Of a stretch of DNA of 64,000 nucleotides, positions 1-10,327 are shown piece by piece. A model generated the notes under the pieces. The model searched no databases. It was not told the DNA's origin and saw nothing but the letters and a program-made list of their open reading frames with translations. How positions within the stretch are numbered: the first letter of the stretch is position 1; each line of letters opens with the position of its first letter. Origin of the DNA: an uncultured virus (IMG/VR IMGVR_UViG_3300031836_000398). Lineage: Duplodnaviria; Heunggongvirae; Uroviricota; Caudoviricetes; Herelleviridae. The DNA lies in the IMG/VR virus record IMGVR_UViG_3300031836_000398. One strand, given 5' to 3'. A program made the translations under genes and the position numbers.

Positions 1-663
1 TTACTCGCGGTCGCCGGTGTACCCAGCGAAGACGCTGGCCAGATCAGCTTCAGAGAAGTTCGGCCCCTTGAGGGTCTTGCCCTCAGGCTTGCCGTCGAGC
101 TCGTAGCCACGGGAGTGGATCGGCTTGCCGTCGGTGCCGAGCTTGCTCATGTTGGAGCGCTGGACTTCGTCCCAGAACGGCTGCACGTCGAGGCCGGCCT
201 TGATCAGAGGTGTGATCGCGTTGCCGGTGATGTAGGTCAGGCACTGAGCCTGCTCGAGGAAGAGGTGCGACCTCCCGAAGAGGTCGGCAAGCTGAACGAT
301 GTAGACCCGATTGCGTTCCAGAGCAGTTTGGGCTTCGTCGAAGAGGATCTCGATGTCCACGCTCGAACGCTGCGCCTCCAGCTTGGGTAGCTCGTCGGAA
401 TAGACGGAGATGCCCATCTCAACCAGAGTGCCGAGGGTGACGTACATCGTGTCGATGAGTGCGTCGATGGTCATGACGGGATTGCGGTTGGCAAGCTCGG
501 CTGACAGCTCGTCGACACCTTCCTCTTGCATGAGGGCTAGGCGCAACTCTCTGCGGCCAGTGGGTAGCGCACCAGGCGTAAGGCTGCGGTTGGGCATCTG
601 GAACGCATCGTGGAGCGCGGCAACGTCTTGCTGCAGCGCGTGCGGGTACGTGGTGCTAGTCAT
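1..663 (-). CDS. MazG-like (DR2231-type) nucleoside triphosphate pyrophosphohydrolase
   Basis: Motifs EEGVDEL, DALIDTMYV, WDEVQRSNMSK and GKTLKGPNF are typical of DR2231/MazG-like all-alpha NTP-PPases. Confidence 0.75.
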   Translation of the reverse strand: MTSTTYPHALQQDVAALHDAFQMPNRSLTPGALPTGRRELRLALMQEEGVDELSAELANRNPVMTIDALIDTMYVTLGTLVEMGISVYSDELPKLEAQRSSVDIEILFDEAQTALERNRVYIVQLADLFGRSHLFLEQAQCLTYITGNAITPLIKAGLDVQPFWDEVQRSNMSKLGTDGKPIHSRGYELDGKPEGKTLKGPNFSEADLASVFAGYTGDRE

Positions 664-778
664 AGTTGGTCAACTTTCTTTTTGGAAGTACCGGGGGCGG
701 CGTAGGTGAGAGGTCTCGAGGCAAGGCATACAGGGGGTAGCCCTGCCCCGAGAGGTCGATGGTGTTGCTCGCCACTGA

Positions 779-880
779 TTAGTTGTCAGGGGTGGGTTCA
801 GAACGAACTCTGCAGCCGTGGTTGCCGCGGTCGCTGACTCGTTCAAAGCCCCGGCCGCAGCCGTCGCAGGTGATGTGCAT
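779..880 (-). CDS. 33-aa zinc-finger-like microprotein (not in ORF track)
   Basis: GGAGA RBS then ATG; MHITCDGCGRGFERVSDRGNHGCRVRSEPTPDN. Confidence 0.45.
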   Translation of the reverse strand: MHITCDGCGRGFERVSDRGNHGCRVRSEPTPDN

Positions 881-1080
881 GGTTTCTCCGTTCATCGAGA
901 GGTTGGTTCTTTGACGTAAGCCAAAGGCGATCGGTTTCGCTCAGATGGTGGTGTCCGTGTAGACATGGTCTTCAGGCATCACCCGGGCCCCGAGACATTC
1001 GGGGCATGTTTTTTTCGCGGGGTGTATGCACCAAGGCCCGGTCGCAATGCGACCGGACCCCAGACAAAGGCGGCACGTTG

Positions 1081-2076
1081 TCATACAGCACCGACGGTGC
1101 TGCTCAGGCGAACTTGTTCGCGCAGCTCAAGAGCGAGAACGTCATCGGGAGCACCGTAGGTGCGGATGAAGTTAGCGGTCGAAGCGAGCGTGCTTCCTAG
1201 ATCCTCAGAAGCTTCTGGATGAGCGATGATGCGCTCGTAGAGATCGAGAGCCTCGTGCGCATCCTTGCCGCCTGGGGAGTCAGCATCCAGAACATCGAGG
1301 TCGAACACCGGCAGCGCCGGATTGTTCTGCACGAGGCCGCCTTCGACCAGCACGTAGCCGTCGCCGCGGTGGCGGTGCGCGCGAGCTTCTTCGGAAGCCT
1401 CGTATTCACGCCACAGACGCACTGACAGCTCGATTGCGTAGCAAGCACGAACGAAGTGAGGATCGAAGTCGGTGAGGTCGTGATCCCAGGGATCTGAGCC
1501 GACGAGTTCCTCGTGCTCTACGAAAAATTGGTAGGCATCCTCGTAGCTTTCTCCAACGTGCTCGAGTTCTTCGAGGATCTCTTCGCGCTTCTTGGTGAGC
1601 ACGACTGCTGTATCCGGGTCGTCCGCGTTGATCTCGGCGATGGCTACGAGCGATAGCTCGTCATGCTCAAGAAGGCTGTCCTTGACAATGCCAAGGAAAG
1701 TGCTGTGGGAGTAGATGCGAACGCTCAGCGAGCGACCGCCCGACAGCTTCTCCGCCCAGTAGCGGAAGTCGATGCTGGGGGCTCCATCGGAGTAGTACTC
1801 CTGGTGACGCTTGTCGCTGCGATCGAAAAACTCGATCATGTCGGCTATACGCGTGAAGGTGTAGCCGTCAGCGATGTCACCAACCGTGGTGAGGTATCCA
1901 GGCCAGGTGATGAGGTTCCACGACCAGATGATGGTGCCGGGAGTTCCGACGCGCATACGACGATTGATGTCGTCGTCGACCTCGACGGTCAGGACGTGAT
2001 CGCGAGTCTGTTCGCAGAAGCTCTTGTAGACGTCTGCGTAACGATTGGTGGGCGTTTGAGTGGGGTCATAGACCAT
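1081..2076 (-). CDS. hypothetical phage/plasmid protein
   Basis: 331-aa ORF with AAAGGA RBS; WPGYL..VGD and YWAEKL motifs. Confidence 0.7.
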   Translation of the reverse strand: MVYDPTQTPTNRYADVYKSFCEQTRDHVLTVEVDDDINRRMRVGTPGTIIWSWNLITWPGYLTTVGDIADGYTFTRIADMIEFFDRSDKRHQEYYSDGAPSIDFRYWAEKLSGGRSLSVRIYSHSTFLGIVKDSLLEHDELSLVAIAEINADDPDTAVVLTKKREEILEELEHVGESYEDAYQFFVEHEELVGSDPWDHDLTDFDPHFVRACYAIELSVRLWREYEASEEARAHRHRGDGYVLVEGGLVQNNPALPVFDLDVLDADSPGGKDAHEALDLYERIIAHPEASEDLGSTLASTANFIRTYGAPDDVLALELREQVRLSSTVGAV

Positions 2077-2119
2077 GATGATTTTCCTTTTGTGTCGGCG
2101 TTGCTGGGTGTGATTGCGC

Positions 2120-2166
2120 GAAAAAGGGGCAGCCGCTGCTCACTTTCGTGAGAGAGACTGCCCCGT
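2120..2166 (-). terminator. intrinsic terminator downstream of dprA
   Basis: GGGGCAG...CTGCCCC stem followed by a T-run on the minus strand. Confidence 0.6.
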
Positions 2167-2180
2167 TATCCGCTTCGTGT

Positions 2181-3101
2181 TTAGAGCAACTCAAGGACGT
2201 CGGCGGCGTCCATGAGCAGGCGAGCCTGCTTGCTGCGGATGAGGCCGTTGGAGCCCTGCGACGCTGCGCTGGTGATCGGCCCTGGGAGAGCTCCGATCGG
2301 GGTGCCGATCTTGTCTGCCCAGTACGCGGTGTTCAGCGAGCCAGAGCGAGCGCCGGCTTCAGGGATAACAAGCGCCTCACCCAGTGCGGCAATGATGCGG
2401 TTGCGCTGAAGGAAACGGTGCTTGGTCGGTGGCATCCCTGGTGCCATTTCGCTCAGGACGAGTCCGGCTGTCCCGATGAGCTGAAGGAGCGAAGCATTCC
2501 CCGCGGGGTAGAGGCGGTCGAGACCACCAGCAACGACTGCGATCGTGCTGCCGTTGCTCGCCAGGGCTGCGCGATGCACCATGCCGTCGATGCCGTAGGC
2601 GGCACCTGAGATGAGGGTGACACCCTTGTCGCACAGGTTCTGTGCCAGCTCCATGGTGATGTTCTCGCCGTACGCGGTTGCGGCGCGGGCGCCGACGATG
2701 GAAACGCGTGGGCGCGGGGAAGTGATGAGTCCGGTATTTCCCAGAGCAAACAGGACGCGGGGCGCTTCGAGCTGCAGACGGTCGAGGCCGGCGGGCCAGT
2801 CTGGTTCGCCAGGAAGAATGACGGTCATTCGACTGGAAATCATGAGCTGATCGCCGTGGTTCATCACGGTGATCGAGAGACGTTGTTTCCACATCGTCAC
2901 GGTGTCTTGGTCGTTGATGTCGCTACCGCGAGGTAGCGCGACACTGTCGCTCTGAAGGTCAGCAAGGAACGCTGTGTAGGCGTCGATACGGTCTCCGGGG
3001 TAGCTCTGAAGAACTTGCAGCAGAAGCTTGTCGCCAGGCTCAGCAATCTGAGCGATAGCGACGGCGATCATGTTGCGGGTAAGTGAGATTGTTGTGGACA
3101 T
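2181..3101 (-). CDS. dprA: DNA-processing protein DprA/Smf
   Basis: IVGARAATAYG, SGAAYGIDG, RFLQRNRIIAAL and EAGARSGSLNTA motifs; start moved to the ATG after an AAAGGA RBS. Confidence 0.92.
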   Translation of the reverse strand: MSTTISLTRNMIAVAIAQIAEPGDKLLLQVLQSYPGDRIDAYTAFLADLQSDSVALPRGSDINDQDTVTMWKQRLSITVMNHGDQLMISSRMTVILPGEPDWPAGLDRLQLEAPRVLFALGNTGLITSPRPRVSIVGARAATAYGENITMELAQNLCDKGVTLISGAAYGIDGMVHRAALASNGSTIAVVAGGLDRLYPAGNASLLQLIGTAGLVLSEMAPGMPPTKHRFLQRNRIIAALGEALVIPEAGARSGSLNTAYWADKIGTPIGALPGPITSAASQGSNGLIRSKQARLLMDAADVLELL

Positions 3102-3227
3102 GAGAATTTTCCTTTGTTCAGGGTGGGTTGATAAATAGGCTTTGCGGCCGTTGAGGCGCGCGGACGCAGAAACAGCCACCGACACTTTCGTGAGGGTGGC
3201 TGTTCCTGTTATTGCGGGTGTTACTGG

Positions 3228-5897
3228 TTACTCAGATATGAGCTCTGATTCCTCCGACGCAAGTCTCTTGCGTGAACGAATCATGAACGAGATGCCGAGA
3301 GCCAACAGGACGGCTACTGCGATGCCAGCCGTGAAGGGTGCAGCGCTACCGGTTCTCGCCAGCATCTCAGGCACTGAAGCGAGAACTGTCGGCTCCGTGA
3401 CCGGTTCTGCCGGTTCCATCGGTTCTGCCGGTTCGACGTATGGTGCGCTGAGCCGTTGCATCATCAAATCAGTCCGGACGGTGCCGCCGTCAGGCGTCAT
3501 TGCGCTTGCGTGCATTCGGAGTTCAACAGAGCCTCCAACAACGTCTTCATCCGTAACTGTGTAGGTTGCAGTGCAACTGACGCTGTCGCCCGGGTTGAGA
3601 GTCGCAACGTCGGTGCATTCCGGTGTGCTCAGCACGCCTGTGCCGTTGGTGGTGATCGGAGCGAATGCCGCAGAGCTCAACGTGGTGTTTCCATCGTTGG
3701 CGAAGTCAAAAGCCAGATCGACTACTTCGCCGGAGACGAGTTCCTCTGTGGAGGCGGTTGCGTTTTCACTGAGCGACTTGGCCGGGTTCAACGAGAGGAC
3801 AGTGTTGACCGTGGTGACCATTTCCGTCTGGTCGGTCAGAATCGGATCAGTTGTTGATCGACTTGCTCTCGAGCTTGGGTCTACCGTTTGTGACGTCACG
3901 TTGAGGCCATCCCAAATCAAGACATACGAGCGATCGAGATCGCCCTTGGTGAGAACGTAGTCATAACCGCAGATGGCTGTCTCGCCAGCCGCAAGCGTGG
4001 TTACGTCGCAGCTTGGTGCGGTACGCGGGTTGTCGCCCGTGAAAACGAAGTAACTCGAATAGATAGTTCCCAACGGAACTATGTCGACCAGGGGCAATAC
4101 CCCCGCATTGCGCAAGGAGTAAACCAAGCGAAGCGTGTCGCCGGCCTGAGCGCCTTCTAGCCCCTCGAAATAGGGCTGTCCGAGTTGTATGGTCGGCCCT
4201 CGTCTAAGGGCGGCAGCGGTGAGCTGCTGGATCGCGTCGTTCGCGACACTCGCGCCGGTATGGCTAGTGGCCGTAGCCCCGGGAGCGGACATGACGTTTC
4301 CGTAGAGAACATCGTCAAGATCGCCAGTGGCGGTAGCCGAGCACTTCACTGTTTCGTTCGGTACGAGAATTCCGTCCCAATCAGTGGGGCACGAAATGGC
4401 GCTGGCGCCACCTCCGCCGCTGACCATATCGGCAGCCTGGCTGAACTCGAAGTTGCTGAGTTTGGTATCACCGGTGTTTTGAAGCTCGTAGACGAATGTC
4501 TGTTCTTCTCCAACGCGGTTGTCCACGCGGTATGCCTCAATCGTGGTCCGTGGCCGGGGCAAGAACTCCATAGACGAAGCTGCTCTGGGGGCCACTCTTG
4601 CGTTTAACGGCTGGTAGGCCGTGATCACCGCGCCATTGACCGTGCCGTGAACGTTTGATGAGAATGACATCGAACCTCGGTCAACGTCAGCTTGAACGAT
4701 CGTGTACGTCGAGCTGCAAACCCCGCGAGAATCAGGTTCCATACTTGTAGGGCAGTCAGTGATGACGGGGGTAACGCCGTTGGCGCTTCCGTCGGTAAGT
4801 CCGTTGACAGAAACAATGTCGACGCCTACGTCAGTCATTCGCAGATGGCTCAGAAACTGGAATGTCCAGTACAGTTCGATCTGCTCACCAACAACGAGAG
4901 TGTCGTTCGCGACAATGCCTGACGGCTCGAAAAACAACTCTGACACCTGGTTGCTCCATTCGTCTGAGGTTGAACACTCCCTACCGGGGGAGGTGATTTC
5001 TCCAGGCATACACGCGGTAATGTCGGCGCTCCCGTCACCTGTCGCTTTCATTGTGAATTTGATCGTCATCACTACTTCTTTGTTTACAGCAAGGGGTCCT
5101 GACCAAGTGAGGAAGTTCCCATCGCGGACGACCTCGTCAAAGTTTTCAACATAACTAAAGTCACCCTTCTTCGTTAGATCGAAGGCTACTTCGGCGCTGT
5201 CGAAGACACCGTCGTCCAGCATCTCCGTCAAGTCAACCGTGACCGACATCGGGTACTCTTCTGTGAAATCCGACTTGCCGTGGTTGGCCATCTCCACATA
5301 GAGTTCGCCTTGTTGGTCGATGTTGATTCCAGAGACAACAGGCGCCGCGAGGGCGAGGATGCTTCCTTCGACCCCACCTCGAAAGACAAAGAGTGCGCAG
5401 TCAGCGTCGAGCCGAACTCCAACAAGCTCGCTGAAGTTCTCGCCACAGTTCTTGTACACAACCAGGGGTTCCCAATTCTCAAGATGTGACTTGGTAGTTA
5501 CGTCCACCGAGAATGTACATTCTTCGTCGGATGCACCAGACAGCGAGATGCTGTTACCGCCGCTATCGGCAGATATGGTCGATGTCGCACAAGAGGCTTC
5601 AGCGTTAGCCGGGCTTGCGACAATCAGCCCTTCGGCGAGGGTGTTGGTCAATGACCATGTGTTACCAGCGATTCCGGTTCCATCCACGGTGTAGGTGGTT
5701 CGGATGTGACCCGTTGCAAGGTCTTGATCGTCGGTGGTTACAGAAACCTGAGGATCGGAGAATGGGACTGACGTCGGCAGGGGTGCGGCGGTTACCGCAC
5801 CGGCAGGAACTGCAATAAGCAGAGCTCCCACCACAGCGAACGAGAGTCCGCGCATACGCCTACCCGAAGGGGACGTGTCGCGAATTGATGATGTCAA
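3228..5897 (-). CDS. sortase-anchored surface protein with repeated Ig-like (DUF11/DUF7507-like) domains, copy 1
   Basis: Signal peptide; repeated NxGxxxL...C..L.PGE...C..TY modules; C-terminal LARTG + TM + basic tail; TTG start after AAAGGA. Confidence 0.85.
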   Translation of the reverse strand: MTSSIRDTSPSGRRMRGLSFAVVGALLIAVPAGAVTAAPLPTSVPFSDPQVSVTTDDQDLATGHIRTTYTVDGTGIAGNTWSLTNTLAEGLIVASPANAEASCATSTISADSGGNSISLSGASDEECTFSVDVTTKSHLENWEPLVVYKNCGENFSELVGVRLDADCALFVFRGGVEGSILALAAPVVSGINIDQQGELYVEMANHGKSDFTEEYPMSVTVDLTEMLDDGVFDSAEVAFDLTKKGDFSYVENFDEVVRDGNFLTWSGPLAVNKEVVMTIKFTMKATGDGSADITACMPGEITSPGRECSTSDEWSNQVSELFFEPSGIVANDTLVVGEQIELYWTFQFLSHLRMTDVGVDIVSVNGLTDGSANGVTPVITDCPTSMEPDSRGVCSSTYTIVQADVDRGSMSFSSNVHGTVNGAVITAYQPLNARVAPRAASSMEFLPRPRTTIEAYRVDNRVGEEQTFVYELQNTGDTKLSNFEFSQAADMVSGGGGASAISCPTDWDGILVPNETVKCSATATGDLDDVLYGNVMSAPGATATSHTGASVANDAIQQLTAAALRRGPTIQLGQPYFEGLEGAQAGDTLRLVYSLRNAGVLPLVDIVPLGTIYSSYFVFTGDNPRTAPSCDVTTLAAGETAICGYDYVLTKGDLDRSYVLIWDGLNVTSQTVDPSSRASRSTTDPILTDQTEMVTTVNTVLSLNPAKSLSENATASTEELVSGEVVDLAFDFANDGNTTLSSAAFAPITTNGTGVLSTPECTDVATLNPGDSVSCTATYTVTDEDVVGGSVELRMHASAMTPDGGTVRTDLMMQRLSAPYVEPAEPMEPAEPVTEPTVLASVPEMLARTGSAAPFTAGIAVAVLLALGISFMIRSRKRLASEESELISE

Positions 5898-6110
5898 GGT
5901 TGCTTCCTTTGTTCGTTTATCAGGATATTTGCCACTGCAAAGCAGGTGGACCGGTGTGTCTATAGTAGAACAGACCACGGGTAAAAGACATGTTTTATGC
6001 TCGTATTCAAGCGTTTTGCTGCTTTATGGGTCGCTTTATCGTGCGGACACAGAAACAGCCACCAACACTTTCGTGAGGGTGGCTGTTTCTGTTCTTGCGG
6101 GCGTTGCGGG

Positions 6111-8804
6111 CTACTCAGAAATGAGCGCTGATTCCTCCGACGCAAGTGCCTTGCGTGAACGAATCAGGAACGAAATGCCGATAGCCAACAAGACCGCGAT
6201 TGCGAGGCCCGCCGTGAAGGGGGCTGCGCTACCGGTTCTCGCCAGCATCGCAGGCACGTCAGCGGCGTCCGCGTTAGCGGAATCGCCTTCAGCGGCGTTT
6301 CCTTCAGTGGGATCTCCGTCAGTGGAGTCGCCTTCAGTGGGGTCTCCGTCGGTGGGGGCCTCGGGTTCCGTGACCGGTTCCTCTGGCTCAACGTACGGCG
6401 GGCTGAGTCGTAGCATCGTCAAACCGCTCAGAACGGTGTCGCCCTCAACCGTCACTGCGGTTGCGTGCGTTTGGAACTCAACAGAGTCTTCGACAATATC
6501 TTCATCGGTGACTGTGTATGTCGCAGTGCAGTTGGTGCTATCGCCAGGAGCGAGAGTCGCAACGTCGGTGCATTCCGGTGTGCTCAGCACGCCGGTGCCG
6601 CTGGTGGTGACCGAAGCAAAAGACGGTTCGTTCAACGTGGTGTTTCCATCGTTGGTGAAGTCAAAAGTAAGATCGACTACCTCGCCGGAGACTAACTCTT
6701 CGACAGACGCTGTTGCGTTTCCGCTCAGGGACTTGACCGTGTTCAGCGAGAGGACAGCGTTAACTGAGTTGCCGAACATTGAGTACGAATCGCTCAGTAT
6801 TGGATCAGTCGTTGACCGGTCGTGTACCGAGTCAGCGGGTGACACCCATTGCCCCTCTGGTCTCATTTGCTCAAATATCAAGAAATACGAACCATCGAGG
6901 TCACCCTGGGTGAGAACATAGTCATAGCCGCAGACGGTTGTCTCACCAACCGCAAGTTCGCCTACGAGATCGCAGCTTTGCTCTCCACGCGGGTTTTCAC
7001 CCGAGAAAAGGAACCAATCAGGTTCTGAAGATCCCAACAGATTGACGCCGAGCAAGGGCACTCTCCCCACATTGCGAGCAGAGTAAGACAGGCGAATCGT
7101 GTCGCCGGCCTGAGCGCCTTCTAGGCCCTCGGCATAGGGCTGTCCGATAAGAGCCTGGCCACTCCTGTTAAGGCTGACGTAGGTGAGTGGGGACTCGGCG
7201 TTCAGCGAATCACCGGTATGACTGGTGGCAGTAGCGGCGGCAATCGTCGCGATGTTTCCGTAGTAAACGTCTTCAAGATCGCCAGTGCCGGTAGCCGAGC
7301 ACTTCACTGTTTCGTTCGGTACGAGAATTCCGTCCCAATCAGTGGGGCACGAAATGGCGCTGGCGCCACCTCCGCCGCTGACCATATCGGCAGCCTGGCT
7401 GAACTCGAAGTTGCTGAGTTTGGTATCACCGGTGTTTTGCAGCTCGTAGACGAATGTCTGTTCTTCTCCAGCTCGGATGTCATCGTCGTAGTGCCACGGT
7501 GCGCTGAAGAACGCCATCGACGACGCTGCGCCTGGGGCCACCGAAGTGTCCAGCGGATTGTTGCCTGTGATCAGCTGGTCTACGGCTGTGCCGTGAAGGT
7601 TTGATGAGAATGACATCGAACCACGGTCAACGTCAGCTTGAACGATCGTGTACGTCGAGCTGCAAACCCCGCGAGAATTGGGTTCCATACTTGTGGGGCA
7701 GTCAGTGATGACGGGGGTGACGCCGTTGGCGCTTCCGTCGCTGAGTCCGTTGACAGAAACAATGTCGACGCCGAGGTCAGTCATTCGTTTGCTGCTGCGA
7801 TTCTGGAACGCCCAGTACAACTCGATTTGCTCACCAACAACGAGAATGTCGTTATTGATAATTCCTGACGTGTCGAAGTGGATGGCTGGGTAACCCATTG
7901 CATAAATAGTGCGGTCGTCACACTCGTCGCCTGGGTAGGTTATTCCTTCAGGCATACAGGCGGAGAGGGTTAGACGTCCGTCACCAGTCGACTTCATCGT
8001 GAATTTGACTGTCATTGTTGCTGTACCCTCTGCTGCGATGGGCCCTGACCAAGTCAGGAAGTTTCCATCACGGGTGACGTCGCCAGCGGTCGACACATAG
8101 GCGCTGTCGAAAACACCGTCGTCCAGCAACTCCGTCAAGTCAACTGTGACCGACGCCGGGTAGTCCTCTGTGAAAGCCGAGCTTCCGCGGGCGCGTAGGG
8201 CTACTTCGTACTGCCCTTGTTGGTCGGTTCCAAGATTAGACGGGGTGCCTGACGCGCTCACGCGAACGCTTCCTTCGACCCCACCCGCAAAGGTAAGGAT
8301 TCCGCAGTCAGTGTCGAGCAGCACTCCAACAAGCTCGGGGAAGTTCTCGCCACAATTCTTGAATGCAACCAGGCGATCCCAGTCCTCAAGAGGTATCTCG
8401 AGAGCTATGTCTACCGAGAACGTACATTCTTCGTCGGATGCACCGGACAGCGAGATGCTGTTACTGCCGTTCTCGGCGACGATGGTCGATGAAGTGCAAG
8501 ATGCCTCGGCGTTCGCCGGGCTTGCAACAATCAGCCCTTCGGTGAGGATGTTGGTCAATGACCATGTCTCACCAGCGATCCCAGTTCCATCCACGGTGTA
8601 GGTGGCTCGGACGAAACCCGTCGCAGGGTCTTGGTCGTCGTAGGTTACTGAAGCCTGGGGATCGGTGAACGGGACTGACGTCGGCAGGGGTGCGGCGGTT
8701 ACCGCACCGGCAGGAACTGCAATAAGCAGAGCTCCCACCACAGCGAACGAGAGTCCGCGCATACGCCTACCCGAAGGGGACGTGTCGCGAATTGATGATG
8801 TCAA
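6111..8804 (-). CDS. sortase-anchored surface protein with Ig-like repeats, copy 2
   Basis: Paralog of 3228..5897 with an identical N-terminus and LARTG anchor; extra PTEGD-type repeats. Confidence 0.85.
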   Translation of the reverse strand: MTSSIRDTSPSGRRMRGLSFAVVGALLIAVPAGAVTAAPLPTSVPFTDPQASVTYDDQDPATGFVRATYTVDGTGIAGETWSLTNILTEGLIVASPANAEASCTSSTIVAENGSNSISLSGASDEECTFSVDIALEIPLEDWDRLVAFKNCGENFPELVGVLLDTDCGILTFAGGVEGSVRVSASGTPSNLGTDQQGQYEVALRARGSSAFTEDYPASVTVDLTELLDDGVFDSAYVSTAGDVTRDGNFLTWSGPIAAEGTATMTVKFTMKSTGDGRLTLSACMPEGITYPGDECDDRTIYAMGYPAIHFDTSGIINNDILVVGEQIELYWAFQNRSSKRMTDLGVDIVSVNGLSDGSANGVTPVITDCPTSMEPNSRGVCSSTYTIVQADVDRGSMSFSSNLHGTAVDQLITGNNPLDTSVAPGAASSMAFFSAPWHYDDDIRAGEEQTFVYELQNTGDTKLSNFEFSQAADMVSGGGGASAISCPTDWDGILVPNETVKCSATGTGDLEDVYYGNIATIAAATATSHTGDSLNAESPLTYVSLNRSGQALIGQPYAEGLEGAQAGDTIRLSYSARNVGRVPLLGVNLLGSSEPDWFLFSGENPRGEQSCDLVGELAVGETTVCGYDYVLTQGDLDGSYFLIFEQMRPEGQWVSPADSVHDRSTTDPILSDSYSMFGNSVNAVLSLNTVKSLSGNATASVEELVSGEVVDLTFDFTNDGNTTLNEPSFASVTTSGTGVLSTPECTDVATLAPGDSTNCTATYTVTDEDIVEDSVEFQTHATAVTVEGDTVLSGLTMLRLSPPYVEPEEPVTEPEAPTDGDPTEGDSTDGDPTEGNAAEGDSANADAADVPAMLARTGSAAPFTAGLAIAVLLAIGISFLIRSRKALASEESALISE

Positions 8805-9067
8805 GGTTGCTTCCTTTGTTCGTTTATCAGGATATTTGCCACTGCAAAGCAGGTGAACAGGTGTGTCTATAGTAGGGCAAAACGTGGGTGTAAGACGAGC
8901 TTTACGCTCGTATTCAAGCGCTTTCTTGCTTTATAGACGGCTATAGCAAACGGGCGCAGCCTCCGGCCATTTTCGTGACGGTGACTGCGCCCGTGGGTAG
9001 CTTTTGCCGAGTAAGAACGGCGACGCCGCTGGTAGCGGGTTGACTTGGATTTGAAGTCTTTAATGGT

Positions 9068-9382
9068 CTATTCAGCGTCGTTGGATGCTCGGAAATTGAG
9101 GTCGTGACCGACAAGGCCAGCGACGATTTCCAGGACGGTGACCGGCTTCGAGTCCGTGTCCCATTCACGAATGTTGAGTTCGCCGGACACGATTATCCGG
9201 TCACCCTTACTGACAGCCTCAGTGACGTTTACGGCAAGGTCGCCGAAGGCCGTCACGGTGAACCAGTTGGAGGTGGTCGTGGTGGGAACCGACAATCGGA
9301 AGGCCACAATCTTGAGACCCTCGGATGTAGTGAGAAAGCGGGGCTCGGTGGCTACGAGACCTGCCGTGGTGAATGTACTCAT
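9068..9382 (-). CDS. ssb: single-stranded DNA-binding protein (short, OB fold only)
   Basis: TNWFTVTAFG-like strand, LAVNV...KGDRIIVSGEL...EW and VGHDL match actinobacterial SSB; lacks the acidic tail. Confidence 0.85.
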   Translation of the reverse strand: MSTFTTAGLVATEPRFLTTSEGLKIVAFRLSVPTTTTSNWFTVTAFGDLAVNVTEAVSKGDRIIVSGELNIREWDTDSKPVTVLEIVAGLVGHDLNFRASNDAE

Positions 9383-9430
9383 GGCGCTCCTATCAAGTGG
9401 GCGTGAGGTTGTTAGCGGTTGCGCGACCGA

Positions 9431-9757
9431 TCAGCTGATCAGGTCGACGAGTTCTTGTGGCAGCTCGGCGTAACCGCTGAAGCGGTTCTGACCACCGGTG
9501 TAGTCGCGGGTGTGCTTTGCAGAGCGAAGCAGCGCGTTGTTGCGGCTAGTGCCGTGGTTTGTGTCAGTGCTGACATAGGCGATCTTCTGGGTCGCTGGGT
9601 TCGTGACGAAGCCCGAGCAGCCCTGGAGCTGACCATTGATGCGGATGTTCTTGAGTTCGACCTTCAGGTCGGGATCGACCTGGAGAATCATGTTCTTCAG
9701 CTTGGTCATCGCCAAGGTTCCGCCAAGTTTGGGCAGGTTGTAGTCACTGGTGGCCAT
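9431..9757 (-). CDS. hypothetical protein
   Basis: AGGAG RBS; 108 aa; typical codon usage. Confidence 0.7.
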   Translation of the reverse strand: MATSDYNLPKLGGTLAMTKLKNMILQVDPDLKVELKNIRINGQLQGCSGFVTNPATQKIAYVSTDTNHGTSRNNALLRSAKHTRDYTGGQNRFSGYAELPQELVDLIS

Positions 9758-9771
9758 GGGGTACTCCTGTT

Positions 9772-10236
9772 CTATTTCGGTTGTTTGGTGGTGAAGACGG
9801 GGAAGGTGAAAGGATTCGCCTTCAGCGCGGCGGCTTTACGGATAAGCGCTTCGGCCTGGTCAGCAAAACGGCTGCTGATCTGGTTCTCGAGCGTGCCGAG
9901 ACCATCAGGGGCAATGTCGGCTTGCTCTGCGGCAAACACGATGAGACCGGCGTGCTGCTCGTCGAGCGAGTCAGTCAGCACAACGAAGTCGCGGATCGCG
10001 GCGTAGTCATACGCGTGCTCGAATGCGTCCGGGGTGTTCATGCCGGGGTCGTGCTCGCGGACAACTTCTGCGCTGAGCAGAAGGTGGTTGGGTGGGCACA
10101 GTTCAGCTAGTGTCTCGTCGATGCCCGCCTGGACTGCCTCGGTGTAGCGGGCGTAGCCGCGACTGGTGAGCGTGTCGAGCGGGAACTTCTTGACGATGCT
10201 CTGGGCAATTGTTGCGGGAGTGCGTGGGGTAATCAC
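9772..10236 (-). CDS. hypothetical protein
   Basis: GTG start after AGGA. Confidence 0.6.
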   Translation of the reverse strand: MITPRTPATIAQSIVKKFPLDTLTSRGYARYTEAVQAGIDETLAELCPPNHLLLSAEVVREHDPGMNTPDAFEHAYDYAAIRDFVVLTDSLDEQHAGLIVFAAEQADIAPDGLGTLENQISSRFADQAEALIRKAAALKANPFTFPVFTTKQPK

Positions 10237-10327
10237 AGGGTTCCTGCTTTCTGGCGTATTTGGATACAACAAACGCGCGACAGGCATCCTGTCGCGCGTT
10301 TGTGTGTGTGGTTGTGAGAGATGCTGC

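Larger units (their letters stand above)
3160..8935. repeat. ~2.9 kb tandem duplication (gene plus upstream region plus terminator)
   Basis: ACAGCCACC.ACACTTTCGTGAGGGTGGCTGT at ~3171 and ~6054; GCTCGTATTCAAGCG at ~5999 and ~8906. Confidence 0.9.

Noticed and set aside
5875..6921. Long + strand ORFs opposite real genes (also 14622..15530, 26580..27686, 48375..49211)
   Set aside because: Antisense shadows typical of GC-rich coding DNA; no RBS or motifs.
3228..8804. Diversity-generating retroelement or shufflon behind the adhesin variation
   Set aside because: No reverse transcriptase, recombinase, adenine-specific TR/VR pair or inverted cassettes seen.
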